DNA from: Octopus vulgaris
Taxonomy: Eukaryota
Reading direction: 5' to 3'
NCBI GenBank assembly: GCA_951406725.2
Contig: OX597832.1
Location: 25,854,001 to 25,918,000 of the forward strand
Length of the DNA stretch: 64,000 bases
The notes beneath the pieces are model-generated. The model saw only the letters and a list, made by a program, of their open reading frames with translations, was not told where the DNA came from and searched no databases. The translations under genes were made by a program, and so were the position numbers. Each line of letters begins with the position of its first letter. Position 1 is the stretch's first letter. Of the stretch, positions 44,406 to 60,355 are shown piece after piece.

Positions 44406-44875
44406 TAAAAAGAATATAGTAAACTAAAATTTATTCTATTAAACTAACAAAGCTGATAATTTGTATCTCTGTCTACACACAGGCTGATCACAGATTCGAA
44501 CGCATGTACACAGATATGCCCTCTTACGCACACACAGACCAAAAAGTCTCACCCATACATATAAAGATACTCACAAGCACGCATATAACTTTACAAATAT
44601 TCACCCATACTCACACAGATTCCCACATACACACACACACTTATACATGCAGTTCTATTCATATAACACTTCCAACTTTATTAAATCATTAAAACATATT
44701 ATTTAATTAATTAGCGCGAATAATTAGTCTCAATTACACACGAAGCATTTGACTATTATAAAGAATTACTTTACAAAAACATAGCTATAGCCTTTGACCA
44801 AAATATTAAGAAATTCATATCTAATTAGCCTTTTACATGTAATTAATTGATTTTATACCTTATTACATTCTACGT

Positions 44876-45000
44876 TGTGGAGGCGCAATGGCCCAGTGGT
44901 TAGGGCAGTGGACTCGCGGTCGTAGGATCGCGTTTTCGATCCCCAGACCGGGCGTTGTAAGTGTTTATTGAGTGAAAACACCCAAAGCTCCACGAGAATC
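44876..45000 (+). mobile_element. SINE group A head, truncated at (GATA)n
   Basis: gtggaggcgcaatggcccagtggttagggcagtggactcgcgg. Confidence 0.85.
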
Positions 45001-45016
45001 TGGTAGATAGACAGAC

Positions 45017-45099
<83 letters not shown>

Positions 45100-45112
45100 C
45101 AGATAGATAGAT

Positions 45113-45338
45113 ACGACGGGCTTTGCTCAGTTTCCGGTGACGAAATCTGCTCACAAGGCTTTGGTCGGTTCGAGGCTTTAGTAAAAGACACTTGCCGAAT
45201 CTGCAATTCGGCAGAACTGAACCCGGAAGCAAGTGGCGTGGAAACAGGCTTCTTTATTTCATTTAATTAGCCACAAGGGCCTTACACAGAAAGGCCGTTG
45301 AAACAGGCTTCTTACCACACAACCATGACTGCGCCTGC
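45113..45338 (-). mobile_element. SINE group B 5' half with a nested SINE C tail fragment (14-bp TSD)
   Basis: TSD gaaacaggcttctt at 45241-45254 and 45300-45313 flanks tatttc...ccacaagggccttacacaga. Confidence 0.7.
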
Positions 45339-45689
45339 AAACAAATCTTTTGTGCAATTTGCTCTGCAAGAATTTACGAAACACTCACCCGTGGTCAATG
45401 ACAGCAGATTCCACGATTAAAAGGAAACGTTGAATTCGCTTCTGCACGTTTTTATTCTTCGTTTAACAAAAGATTGGAACAGTAAATTTAAGAGAGGTTA
45501 ATAGCTGTTCATATGTCTGTTTACGGATTAATTTGTTCCTGAAGAGATACAATGAAAGAATAGGAGATTCACACACTTTCTTCAATTAGCTCTATCGCCC
45601 TTCTATTTATTTATATACATGCGCGCGCGCGTGGGTTGTGGGTATGCTTTATGTATGCGTGGGTGGTGAGTGCCTATATATATATAAAC

Positions 45690-45763
<74 letters not shown>

Positions 45764-45907
45764 GTATATATGTGTATATATATGTATATGTATATTTACG
45801 CACATATACATCATATGCATACATACATAAAAAAATAAATATATATATATATATATTTATGTATATATACATATATACAAATACATATATTCATTTCCAT
45901 ACACATA

Positions 45908-45956
<49 letters not shown>

Positions 45957-46612
45957 ATGTATACAGAAATACGCAAACATACATAAACAGATGTATGCAT
46001 ATGTATACATATATATATATATATATATACACGCACATACACACACGCGCGCACACACACACATACACATCTCTTTAGTATAATCGTTTTTCTTTTCTAA
46101 TTTAATTGTTTCTATAGACATTAAGTCTGGATATAAATTTCCCTCACACACACACACACACATACACATACACATACACCCACATATACACATATACACA
46201 CATATACACACTTGCACATACGCACATCCCTTTCTGCGTCTCTCATTTTGTCTCTAATCCCACCAATATCTTCTTTATTTCAAAATTTATTTCGTAAAAG
46301 CAATCCAAACAACACACATTTTACACACACTTCCACATACACACGCACACACACACACATACACAAACACACACATACTCACTCACATACACGCACAACC
46401 TCGCATTCATTCACTTGTTCATCTGTTACATATACGTACACACACGCACACACACACGCCCGCTCACTATACACACATCCAAACACACACTTATGTATTC
46501 ACATAGATACACACACACATCCTTCACAAACACATAGACACACTAGTAGATAATATATACATATATATATAGTTACATATTTCTATACATATATATATAC
46601 ATATCTATTAAC

Positions 46613-46675
<63 letters not shown>

Positions 46676-47003
46676 TATATACATATATATATACATATGT
46701 ATATACATAAATATGTATACAAATATATACATAAATATGTTTATATATATATATACAATATATATATACAAATATATACATAAATATGTTTATATATATA
46801 TATACAATATATATATACACTATATATATATATATATATATACATAAGATATATAGATAGATAGATACATACATGCATACATACATAGACAAACAGACAG
46901 ACAGACAGATAGATAGATACATAGATAGATAGATATGTTTACATAAATATATATAGGTATATGTATATACATATATATACATAAATCTATATATGCATAT
47001 ATG

Positions 47004-47036
<33 letters not shown>

Positions 47037-47887
47037 GTTCATATATATATATATATATATATGTTCATATATTTACATATTCAGACACGCACACATATAT
47101 GTATATTTATATTAAACGCAGCCTTCCCAAGCATATAAGCATTTATACTCAAATGATCACAAACATATTTACAAACAAACAGACACACACGTATATTAAA
47201 TACATATATAAAAACTGTGATATACATCTAGCTATTTAACTACACACAACCCCCACTTGACTCTCTATTATATTTATATATTTCTCTACTCCGGTTCCCG
47301 TTTATAACTTCCTGTTTCCATCGGCTTCTGTTGTATTTTTCGTTTTCTGTAACTTAAACCGCCATTAATATTAACAAATATTTTATGATACTTTGTATTG
47401 GTGTTTCATGACCACGGGGCACAATTTAAGTGGAAAGCTCTTGACAAGCATTAAGCAATAATTATATTCCACATGAGACGAATTCAAAACGATTTCAATA
47501 GAGATAAGTATTTAGTTTTTGTTTTTTTTTACATTCTGTAAAACAAAATGTGTTTCCTTTTCGAAAACAAAGAGGAGGGAAAACAAAAGTAAACCCGCAA
47601 ACAAGGAACTTAAAGGGAAAACAAATAAGTACAAAGAAACATATCAGAAACATATTCGAATTACTTAGTTGGAGAATGGTGATGTGATATTGTTTGGAAA
47701 GAGAGAGACCTGCTGCTAAGGATGAATAAATCTCCCAGCATGCTCAGCGAACGCATTTCAATGCCGATTCTCGTTTAAAATAAATCTCGCAGCGTTTAAC
47801 ACCAATGAGAAACAGCGGGAATGTTATATAAACTTTCGTTTTTTTTCTTTCCACCATTATGAGAGATATCATTTCCTGAGTCATCAA

Positions 47888-48308
<421 letters not shown>

Positions 48309-48309
48309 T

Positions 48310-48500
48310 TTGAAATTTTGGCACAGGGTCAATAGGTTCAGCTTCATGGGAGGGAGCTAGTCGATAATATCGACACCAGTATTCGACGGGAACAAATTCT
48401 ATCGACCCCGAAAGGGCGATAGGCAAAGTTAACCTCGGCAGAATTTGAACTCAGAAACATGCAAACGGACGAAATGCCGTTAAGCATTTTGTCCGGTGCG
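48310..48500 (-). mobile_element. SINE group C, diverged
   Basis: atcgaccccgaaagg..aggcaaagttaacctcggcagaatttgaactcag. Confidence 0.75.
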
Positions 48501-48504
48501 TACC

Positions 48505-48752
48505 AGGCAGTGGTTCTTATGGATTCTGATCTTAATTAATTGGAAGTGTTACCATGTACACGTTTTGTCTTGGTGTAAAAGATGGCCTACAGCAAATAGT
48601 ACCACAGTACCACAGATTTGCTTGTCAGTTGTTTGACCTTAACCAGTTGACCATGTCCCTTAGTGGCTGACGATATGTGCATCTCTGATCACGAGCAGAG
48701 GTAGAGGGGGAGCATCATAACCACCTGTTGAGAGGAATTCTTTGGGGCTTCA
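48505..48752 (+). mobile_element. Interspersed repeat family H ending at (TAG)n
   Basis: Shared with 19445-19605. Confidence 0.65.
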
Positions 48753-48756
48753 ATAC

Positions 48757-48840
<84 letters not shown>

Positions 48841-49072
48841 CGCTTTCAGATTATGGCACGAGACATCAAATTTAGTGGAGAAGGAAGTTGATTACGTCGG
48901 CCTCCCTCCCCCATTCCTACTAGGGCTCAACTGATATTTTACTTTATTGATTCCGAGAAAATGAAAGCAAAGTCGACTGCTGCGAAATTTGAACTCAGTA
49001 ATTTAAAACTGGAGAAAAACTGCCATCATGCATTTATGTCCGACGTGCTAACGACTCTGCCAGCCCATCACC

Positions 49073-49073
49073 T

Positions 49074-49132
<59 letters not shown>

Positions 49133-49180
49133 TTACAACTACCACTACTACTACAACTACTACAACTACTACTACTACTA

Positions 49181-49219
<39 letters not shown>

Positions 49220-49385
49220 CTGCTGCTACTACTACTATTACTACAACTACTGCTGCTGCTGCTACTACTACTATTACTACTACCACTACTACTACTACTA
49301 CTACCACTACTACTACTACTACTGCTACTGCTGCTACTATTACTACTACCACTACTACTACTACCACCACTACTACTACTACTAA
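49073..49385. repeat. (TAC)n microsatellite
   Basis: Direct reading; the poly-T/poly-V ORFs are artefacts. Confidence 0.95.
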
Positions 49386-49939
49386 TTTTAAGAAAGAGGA
49401 GGTAAGCAAGCTTCCCACAGGGCGAAGAGAGGGGCCCTGTGTTTGCATTTATACATCACAGCCTGAGAGGTCGGTTACTCGATGCTTTCGGCATCGCATT
49501 GAGCTCACAGTAAAATCACGTAGGTTCCAACTGACGAGACCACTCCTCCACCTCTTTCTTACACAGGAACCACAAAAGAGAACGATATGTATTGTAATTA
49601 ATTCGCTGTAAAGGGTTTTATCAATGTGGATTTACTGCGTGTCTCGTTTATGTGAAGTGTTGCATGGAGTTGTCATAGCGAGGACAGTACTTACGGGGGG
49701 GGGCAGTATCCTATCTATGTGGCGGAGTCAGTCGTCTGTCACCCGCAGAACATTAATTCCATTCAATATCAGTATGTGTTTTATTGATTATAGCACAGCT
49801 ATGTACTTGTTGATGTTGTTGCTATTAATGATGTTAAGGTTATTGATATTGATGTTAATATTGATGTTGTCATTGTTGTTGTTGTTATTGTTGATATTGT
49901 TATCGTTGTTGCTACTGTTGTTGTTCTTAATGTTGGTCT

Positions 49940-50152
49940 CGAATTTTGGTAGAAGGTCAGCAATTTCGGAGGTGAAATTAAAGTCGATTACATCGACTCC
50001 AGTGCGTAACTGGTACTTAATATTTTATAGACATCGAAAGGACGAAAAGCAAAGTCGACCTCGGTGGAATTTGAACTCAGAGCATGAGGACAGACGAAAT
50101 GCCGCCAAGCACTCCGTCCGGCGTGCCAGCAATTCTGCTAGCTCACCACCTT
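49940..50152 (-). mobile_element. SINE group C
   Basis: aagtcgattacatcgactccagtgcgtaactggtac...gaatttgaactcag...gctcaccacctt. Confidence 0.8.
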
Positions 50153-50499
50153 CATAGATATTCTTAATATTCATGATGTTGATGTCAATATTGATGTGGT
50201 TGTTGTTGTGGTGGTTGTTGCTGTTGTCTTCTCCTTCTAATCAGGACTCAAGCCATTAGCCACAAAGAATAATCTCTAATTCGAGCCTACTCTAAGCTAC
50301 TAAGAATGCGTGTAACAACCTGAAGATCCACCCACCACACGCGATAGACTGGCGGCTGCACGGGCGCGAAAGCTACGTTGTTATCCTCATTCCGTAAACG
50401 GTGGTTTTTAACGGGTGGGTACTGAGGATTCGCAATATAAAGTAGGGTCTGAAAGTTTTACCACACCATAGTGGGTTACACCATGGTTCATCACCTTTG

Positions 50500-50674
50500 C
50501 GGCAGAAGTAGGAAGAAAGAGTGAGAGAAAGTTGTGGTGAAAGAGTACAACGGGGTTCACCACCCTCCCTCGCCGGAGCGTCGTGGAGCTTAGGTGTTTT
50601 TGCTCAATAAACACAATACCCGGTCTGGGAATCGAAACCGCGTTCTTACGACCGCGAGGCCATTGCGCCTCCAC
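50500..50674 (-). mobile_element. SINE group A head and body
   Basis: Minus strand gtggaggcgcaatggcc...ggtttcgattcccagaccggg. Confidence 0.8.
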
Positions 50675-50974
50675 TGTTGTTGTTGTTGTTGCTGCTGTTG
50701 ATGTGGATGTTGTTGCTTATAATTGAGATGTTGGTGTTAATATTGATGGAGTTGTTGTTGTTATTATTGATGCGGATGTATTTAATAGTGATGTTGAAAT
50801 GGCTGTTATTTTTTCCTCGGTGTGGTTGCTTTCGTGTTCACTAAACCAAAGACGAAATGCATTACCGTTATGTCACAAATTCTACTTCTCGTGGAATTTG
50901 AACCACAAAATTTAAGAAACCAAAGTCAAATGCAAGGAACCATATTCCTTAACACGCTACACTTTCTAACAAAC

Positions 50975-51192
50975 ACGGCTGGCAGAAGCGTTAGCACGCC
51001 GGGCGAAATGCGTAGCCGTATTTCGTCTGCCGTTACGGTCTGCGTTCAAATTCCGCCGAGGTCGACTTTGCCTTTCATCCTTTCGGGGTCGATTAAATAA
51101 GTACCAGTTACGCACTGGGGACTGATGTAATCGACTTAATCCGTTTGTCTGTCCTTGTTTGTCCTCTCTGTGTTTGTGGGTAGTAAAGAAAT
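50975..51192 (+). mobile_element. SINE group C
   Basis: ctggcagaagcgttagcacgccgggcgaaatg...gtgggtagtaaagaaatag. Confidence 0.9.
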
Positions 51193-51519
51193 AGATATCT
51201 ACTCCGCCACAGTCCCACCGTGATTCTTCCATTTTCCTTAAAATGCTTATCACAACTTCTACCGGAAGTTCCTCTCCGAACTGAAAGACCTAACCTTATT
51301 CTAAATGTCTTCGTTTAATAATTTCAATTTTTTGTTAGTCATGCGTGTGTGTGTATGTGTGTATGTGTGTGTGTGTGTATGCGTGTGTGTGTGGGGGGGG
51401 GTTGAACTTAAATTTCTTAAGGCAAAAAAATAATAATTGTTTTTGGATTAAATAAGACAATTCTAGAATATTTATTTATAAGGGAAAGTAAACAATGCGT
51501 GAGTTATGTCTTTGGCTTT

Positions 51520-52110
51520 CCCCCTCCTCCTCCGCCTCCTCCTCCTCCTCGTTCTTTTTATACTTCCTTTACTTGTCTTCTATTTTTTCTTCACCTCCTT
51601 TCTCTTCTTCTTCTTCTTCTTCTTTCCTTTATTCCATTTTTATTCATCTTTTCATTTCTTTTCTTTTTATTCCGCCTCCGCCTCCCCTTTTTCCTCTTCT
51701 TTCTCCTCTTCTCCCTTTTCATCCTTTTCTTTTCCGTCTTCTACTTTTACTTCTTTCCCTCTTCTTCTTCTTCTTCTTCTTCTTCTTCTTCTTCTTCTTC
51801 TTTTTTCCTTCTTCTTCTTCCTCTTCGTCTTATCCTTCTCCTCCTCTTTCATTTTCTTCTATTTCAACCATTTTGTCTCCTTCATTTTCTCCATCATATT
51901 CTAATGTTACTTCTTTCCTTCTTCTTCTTCTTCTTCTTTTTCTTCTTCTTTATCTTCTTCTATCTCGATCATTTTTGTTTCCTTCATCCCCTTCTTCTCC
52001 GTCATCTTCTACTTATACTTCTTTTCTTTCTTCTTCCCCTTTTTTCTTCTCCTACCTCTCCCTTTCTTCCCCTCCTCTACTCCCTTTCATCACCTATTCC
52101 CACCTATTCG
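51520..52110. repeat. CT-rich/(CTT)n low-complexity tract
   Basis: Direct reading. Confidence 0.92.
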
Positions 52111-52617
52111 CTCCGCCATTGCTAATCATGACTCTGAAAGTTCTCTGACAGGTTCGCCTCTAAGCCGTTTCTATTTTGACGCTGTTTTGCAAAAACAGTG
52201 ACAAAAACAAGGAAAACAATCTCTTTTTGCTGGAATCTATTTTAAAGTCTTCCATATTTACGTAGTATTGTATTTTCTTCTTTGGTGGAAAGCAGGGACG
52301 AACCTTATTAAGGTTAATCCCCTAATGTTGGTGTATTAACTTATTCCATCAGTAAGCCCATGAAAATATTCAATCGTAAACTACAAAGTTAAACGCTCTG
52401 AGGAGGTACCTCTAGATAGAAATTATCCTTTACATTTCATTGAACTGCGACCATGCCGGGGATTTGCATTTGAAAATAAAAATTGAAACCGGTTGGTAGT
52501 TTTACGTGGTATTTCAATAATTCAGGATAATGTACTTCCTCGGGAAATCTTTGGTAAAAATTTGTAACTATTCGTTAAATTATCGGTTCTGTGACGATTC
52601 ATATACATACATACATA

Positions 52618-53335
52618 TACTTTGAAGAGTATGCATTTGCAATCCAGGAACAGGATACAACCAAATACCTAATGTGGAAAAGGGACGGAGATGCAGGAAA
52701 AGCAGCAAAATGTGACAACCTATGCAGACTTTGAGGTGTTCACACTGAAGACATCACCCAAATTAAAAGCAGTTGTCCGAAAATGTCATCACGGTATTAT
52801 CTACCGATGAGAGATGAGACATGAGACATGATGCTGTGGCTAGGACGCTATGTAACGAGATCCGGCGGAAAGATAACCCCGAGGGCAAAGAAATAAGAAC
52901 CCAAAGTATGGTGGAAGCCATAACCATTCATAATAGAAGAGGAGTAGTGGTGGAATGCCCCAAGGAAAACCTCATTAAAATGGAAGCACAACAGACCTGA
53001 TATAATGATTTGGGATAGAGAAGAGAAACTGAGCTCAGTTGTGGCAATTTGCTGCCCAACGGATGTTAACATAAAGCTAAAGATCAGCGAAAAGGAAAAA
53101 AACCTTCGCTGAACTATTGAAGAATCTACAGCAACGCTACCCAGATGACAAGTTCAGGTTTATACCTATAATTATTGGGGCACTGGAATAAGTAACACAA
53201 TGCCTAAATACAAACCTTGAGAACTTAGGCTTCTGAAAGAAGCCAACGAGGATAAAGCAGATTCGAAGACTACATATCTAAGCCATCACTGGAATTGTAA
53301 AAATCTGAAAAACTTTCCAGAAGTTTATCATTTAA
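52618..53335 (+). pseudogene. C-terminal fragment of an R4/Dong-like non-LTR retrotransposon (restriction-like endonuclease), decayed
   Basis: Peptides FAIQEQ, LCRL, SCPKMSSRYYLPMR, HNRPDIMIWDREEK, FIPIIIGAL match a CCHC knuckle followed by a PD-(D/E)xK RLE layout; in-frame stops present. Confidence 0.8.
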
Positions 53336-53401
53336 GAATATATGAGCATGTCTAGACATGCTAAATGTCATTTTTCCCTGTAAGTTTGGATATACTCCCT
53401 C

Positions 53402-53522
<121 letters not shown>

Positions 53523-53582
53523 ATATATGTATGTATACATATGTTTATATATATATATATTGCATGTATTACATACATGAAA

Positions 53583-53614
<32 letters not shown>

Positions 53615-53632
53615 TACATATATGCATACATG

Positions 53633-53683
<51 letters not shown>

Positions 53684-54099
53684 ACAAATAGATAGATAGA
53701 CATACACACACGCACACATATACACAGCAATAGATATTTCTCCATCTCATACGTAGAGATTTTCTATAATTATCTCTGATATTTTCATAACAAACTCGTA
53801 TATCCTAACACCAATATTTCATACGGAAGATAACTCATAATTGAGAAAGGAAACTTGCGGTTTTAATTTCACACTTTAACCACGCTTTTTTCCTCTTATT
53901 CTCTTCTATTTTTTATAGAGTCACTTCACACAAGAAACATACCAGCATACACATACAACAGACCCGAACACATACGTACACACGCATTATTTGTGTGTAC
54001 TTATGTATACACGAGTGCACATATCGACAAAGATACATATCCAAACATAAAGATATATATATATATATATATATATCTTTATGTTTGATATATATATAC

Positions 54100-54149
<50 letters not shown>

Positions 54150-54166
54150 ATACTCACATACATGCA

Positions 54167-54211
<45 letters not shown>

Positions 54212-54599
54212 ATATATACCCATACATGTACATATATATATTTGTGTGTGTATCTATATGTATGTATGTATGTATCTATGTATGTATTTATGTATGGGTG
54301 GTGAGTATGTTTATTTACGGATATAAAAATAGTGTAAATTTACTAAACATTTTCTGCCAAGATATTCCGAATGTCTCCAACGCTTTCTTGCAAAATTTCA
54401 TCAATCTTCATTGATTCGAAATTTTTTGGCTCGAATTACAAAGATCTGGCATTCTACATTGACGAAGAAAAAATAATATTTGTCTTTGATTTTCAAATAC
54501 CAATAGTCTTCAATAAATATTTTCAAAATCTTGCCGTTTTATTTCTCAAATTTATGCATTTTGTGTAAATAGTAACTACTCATATATACACATACCTAC

Positions 54600-54960
<361 letters not shown>

Positions 54961-55097
54961 ACATATGCATAGGTTGATGAAGTTACATATATATGTGTGT
55001 AGATATATACATATAGATCGATATAGATATATATGCATATTATTTATATATTATTGTTATGTTGATAGATAGATCGATACATACAGAGATAAGTATA

Positions 55098-55515
55098 CTA
55101 TTTCTTTACTGCCCACAAGGGGCTACACACAGAGAGGACAAACAAGGACAGACAAACAGATTAAGTCGATTATATCGACCCCAGTGCGTAACTGGTACGT
55201 ATTTAATCGACCGCTAAAGAATAAAAGGCAAAGTTGACCTCGGCGGAATTTGAACTCAGAACGTAACGGCAAACGAAATACCAATTTCTTGATTACCCAC
55301 AAGGTGCTAAACACAGAGAAGACAAACACGGACAGACAAACGGATTCAGTCGATTATATCGACCCCAGTGCGTAACTGGTACTTATTTAATCGACCCCGA
55401 AAGGATGAAAGGCAAAGTCGACCTCGGCTGAATTTGAACTCAGAACGTAGCGGCAAACGAAATACCGCTAAGCATTTCGCCCGGCGTACTAACGGTTCTG
55501 CCAGCTCGTCGCCTT
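55098..55515 (-). mobile_element. SINE group C tandem dimer
   Basis: Junction aacgaaatac|caatttcttgattacc at ~55281, the same position as in the 36.9-kb dimer. Confidence 0.85.
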
Positions 55516-55949
55516 AATATATATTTATATATTAGCGTTTTACTTTGTCTCTAAAATACATGTCTCCATTTTTAAATGTACTTTTATAATTAAAAACTAA
55601 ATTACTAAATTATTCATATATTACGGTTATAATTGTTATCAAAATAATAATGATAATTCTATATTCTGTCTTTTCTTTTTCAGTCTTTGGACTGCGGCCA
55701 TACTGGAGCCCCAACATGAACAGTTTTAGTCGAATAAATTGACCCCAGTATTTACTGTTTTAAAAGTTTGACACTCATTTTATAGATTTGCTTTGCCGAA
55801 ACGATAAGATAGGGGAATGCCCCCCCCCCCCCCAAAAAAAAAACAACACCGGTTGCCAAGTGATAGGTAGAACAAACGCAAACACCATTCTACACACACA
55901 CACACACATGTATATATGTGTGTGTGTGTAGAATGGTGTACAGATATTG

Positions 55950-56236
55950 TATATTGAGAAAAAGGAGACAGTGAGAATTTTAGATAATCCTTTATCGGCG
56001 CTTTCGTTCGTTTACGAACTCGTCAAGACAAGATCAACATCAAAATGATAAAAACAGAACGTTTTGCTGTTTGTTTATTTATATGAATCGGAGGTTTTTT
56101 GTGTGTTTTTTTTACAAGAGGAGAATATTGTTTTTGTTGTTTTAGAAAAGGGGAGAGAGAAAGAAGGAAAAGCGAAGCAGTGGGGAAAGAAATAGATAGA
56201 GAGAGAGAGGTCTCAGGACATTCAAGAAAGAGAGAA

Positions 56237-56326
<90 letters not shown>

Positions 56327-56564
56327 GATGGGGAAAGGATTGATTGATAGATAGATAGACAGACAGAAAGAGAGGCGGGGTTTCTTTTCAATTTGGTGTA
56401 ATCAAATCAATGAAATTTCATTTCAAAGTATTTTTCTGGGGTTTTTTTTTTTTTTGCTTTTTCCATTGTATACCTATCAACATATTTGTAAATAAACACA
56501 TTTCCTCACATGGACTAGTGACCTTTAACATTGTTCTTGCTTTTTGGAAAAGGAAAAGAGAGAG

Positions 56565-56612
<48 letters not shown>

Positions 56613-57128
56613 TTTTCGAAAACTATAAAAACAATATTCTCCTCGTCTAAACAAAACAAGAAAACATCCGATTCAATAATAAAGAGGTTCTCAAACTTTT
56701 GGGGCTACCGCCCCGCCCCCCTCATGACCCCATAATACCACTCAGCGCCCCCACCTCAATTTTTATATATAAATAAATATTTTATATTTTACTAATTTAT
56801 ATATAATATGGATCATTTGATATTTAATATAATATAATTTCTATACGATAATATAATAATATCATAATAAATTCATAGCATCCTCCACTCCACAGCCTCC
56901 TTCCAACATCTTTTTCTCTACCACAAACCTCCACCGCCCACCTGGACCGTCTTAACGCCCACGGGGGTGGGGCGGTAGCGCCCACTTTCAGAACCTATGA
57001 TATAAATGAACAACGAAGCGTTCTCTGTTTGCTATTTTGATGTTGATTTTGTCTTGGCGAGTTCTAAACGAACGAAAGCGCTAATAAAACACTTTCTAAA
57101 ATTCTAACTGCCTCTTTTTTCTCAACAT
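55950..57128. mobile_element. Large fold-back element (~210-bp imperfect inverted arms)
   Basis: 55950-56160 is the reverse complement of 56605-56680 plus 57000-57128. Confidence 0.7.
56682..56999. mobile_element. hAT-like MITE inserted in the right arm of the fold-back
   Basis: Ends aagaggttctcaaac / tttcagaacctatg; absent from the left arm; degenerate AT-rich ~8-bp TSD. Confidence 0.65.
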
Positions 57129-57141
57129 ACACACACGCACG

Positions 57142-57202
<61 letters not shown>

Positions 57203-57209
57203 ACACGCA

Positions 57210-57240
<31 letters not shown>

Positions 57241-57422
57241 TCAAGTATAACCGCCCGAAATGGTCATGACTTCTGAGACTTGACCGAGGAAAGAAGGCCA
57301 CGAATGACCCGTCTTTTTTGCCTGTCCTTCTAATTGTTGTTTCTCTTGTCTTCCTTTGTATTGTCTATCTGTCTGAATGTTTTATTGTATTCTATTGCGT
57401 TTTTGTTTCATTTATATATATA

Positions 57423-57609
57423 TATATTGTTATATTTCGGAATGGTCATTTTGCCAGTTTAGCCAATAAAAACACACGCACTATATATTTGGTGTTACTT
57501 TGCTTCAGTGTTATTGGCTAAACTGGCAAAATGACCATTCCGAAATATAACAATATCTGTTTCAACACACGACTTCACATAAAAAATCTTGCACAACAAA
57601 TATTTAAAC

Positions 57610-57610
<1 letters not shown>
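57423..57610 (+). mobile_element. Fold-back element family D, short form
   Basis: Arms 57423-57468 / 57511-57556, tail to ~57610, (TA)n flanks. Confidence 0.8.
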
Positions 57611-57686
<76 letters not shown>

Positions 57687-57694
57687 ATATATAT

Positions 57695-57850
57695 CGGGCA
57701 GAATTCACAAAGAAAAAGACGAAGACAGGTGGTGTAGAAAACAAACAGATGTGTTAGTTTAGCGCTCTGGAAGTGAAAAAGTCTTTGACGTTTCGAGCCC
57801 ACGCACTCCCAAGAAAGGAACACAGAAAGAAACAAGGAGAGAAAATGAAG
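57695..57850 (-). mobile_element. Family F element
   Basis: Homologous to 40424-40615. Confidence 0.65.
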
Positions 57851-57921
57851 AAATATATATATATACGCCAAGCTTCCATATATTTCATATATGTGTGTTG
57901 TGCGAGTGTATATATTATATA

Positions 57922-57991
<70 letters not shown>

Positions 57992-58359
57992 ATGTGTGTG
58001 TGTGTGTATGTGTGTGTGTATGTGTGTGTGTGACACGTGCTTTCCCAAAGTCTCTGTTTTATAATTCGGTAACAAAGCTCTCTTCGGTAAAAAAAAAACC
58101 CACTTACACAAGTAAACCTGCAAAGGGACTGAACCTGAAACCTAGTGGCTGCAAAACTAGCTTCTTACCCTCGCACCCATGCCGGCAACCATTTACGTAC
58201 ATAATTACACTTACATACATACATATATACATACATAAAAACACATACAGAGAAACACATATGTATGTATATGTGTATGTGTGTGTGACGAAACGGAAGG
58301 ATTCCATAAAACAAATACGTGTGTGTACGTATGTGTACGTACATACGTATACATATATG

Positions 58360-58739
<380 letters not shown>

Positions 58740-59215
58740 TACATGCATGTGTGTAACTCAAGATCTCTCCTCGGGCGACATGAGCCCGTTTCAGCGTTTA
58801 CACGATAAACATGACTATTCTATTATTGTTATATAATTGCCAACATTATTGCATACGTCAATAATATTCGTTTATCCGATCTTTTCTTTTTTTTTTTCAG
58901 ATCTTCATTTTTTTTATTTCATTTTACATTTCATTTTTTTTTTATATTTTTTTTTTATTTTCATTATCTATGTTTATTATTTATTGATTTATTTATCTAT
59001 TTATTTTTTTCCGAATTTCCGAATGGTTGTTTAAAATAGTTGATAGTATATCGAGTGAGGGAGAAAGAATGTAGATTGGAATAACTTTAAAGGCCTATTT
59101 ATTTCATGTTGATAAAAATGGACGCAAATAGACTCACACACGCGCATGCCTGCAGCCGCGCACATACAGATGCGCAGAAAGCAAGAAATCAAACACGCAG
59201 CACACACACACGCAA

Positions 59216-59254
<39 letters not shown>

Positions 59255-59275
59255 GAGAGCGAGGGGGGGAGATAG

Positions 59276-59346
<71 letters not shown>

Positions 59347-59517
59347 AGTAGCTTTTTCATTCATATAAGCTTTTATTTATGTCGATAAACATAAAGATAT
59401 ATTGAAATATTTACAAATGTATATATATAAATATGTGTGTGTGTGTGTTAAAATACACATGTATATAGATACATATACATACACATGTGTATGTATATAC
59501 ACGCGCACACACACATA

Positions 59518-59880
59518 AGGGTTCATTTCCACTTGAGCCAGTGTCTTCTAATATAGCATCGGGCCGACCAAAGCCCCTTGAGTGGATTTGCAGAAGGAAA
59601 CTGAAAGAAGCCTGATGTGTATACGTACATATATATATATATATATATATATATTATGTGTGTGTTTGTTGTTTATGTCTGTGCTTGTTCTCCACCATCG
59701 CTTGACAACCGATGTTGGTTTGTTTACGTCACTGTCACTTAGCAGTTCGAGAAAAAGACACCGATAGAATAAGTACAAAGCTTGCAAAAAGTAAAACCTG
59801 AGGGTCAGTTTATTCGACTAAAGGTGGTACTCCAGCACGGCCGCAGTCAAATTACTGAAACAAGCGAAAGAGTAAAAGAG
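59518..59880 (+). mobile_element. SINE group B, 5'-truncated
   Basis: gggccgaccaaagcc...ctgaaagaagcc (TA)n ...ctccagcacggccgcagtcaaattactgaaacaag. Confidence 0.8.
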
Positions 59881-60236
59881 TATATACGCATATCTATGAA
59901 TTTGCAAATATACATCTGTAGGTGTATATGCGTGCACGTGCGTATGTTTACGCATGCGTGCGTATGTGTGTGTATATGGATGACTATGTGTGTGTGTGTG
60001 TGTGTGTGTGTTTGTGTGTGTGCGTGAGTGTGTGTGTGTGCTGTACGTCCGCATATGATCAGTTGATCGTGTAATTCTTAATTCAATGCAAATATTGATT
60101 CGGCCTCGCAAACATTGTAAGGAACATAAAAAAAAGGGGGGGAAAAAGAATTAAATCCCAAATAGGCTTCCATAGAAAGAGATACGTGTTTCAGTCGAAT
60201 ACTCGTCCACGTCCTTGCACATACACTTGTATAATT

Positions 60237-60269
<33 letters not shown>

Positions 60270-60322
60270 CGTTAATACGTACATGTACACATACACACAT
60301 ATGTACATGCACACACATACAG

Positions 60323-60355
<33 letters not shown>

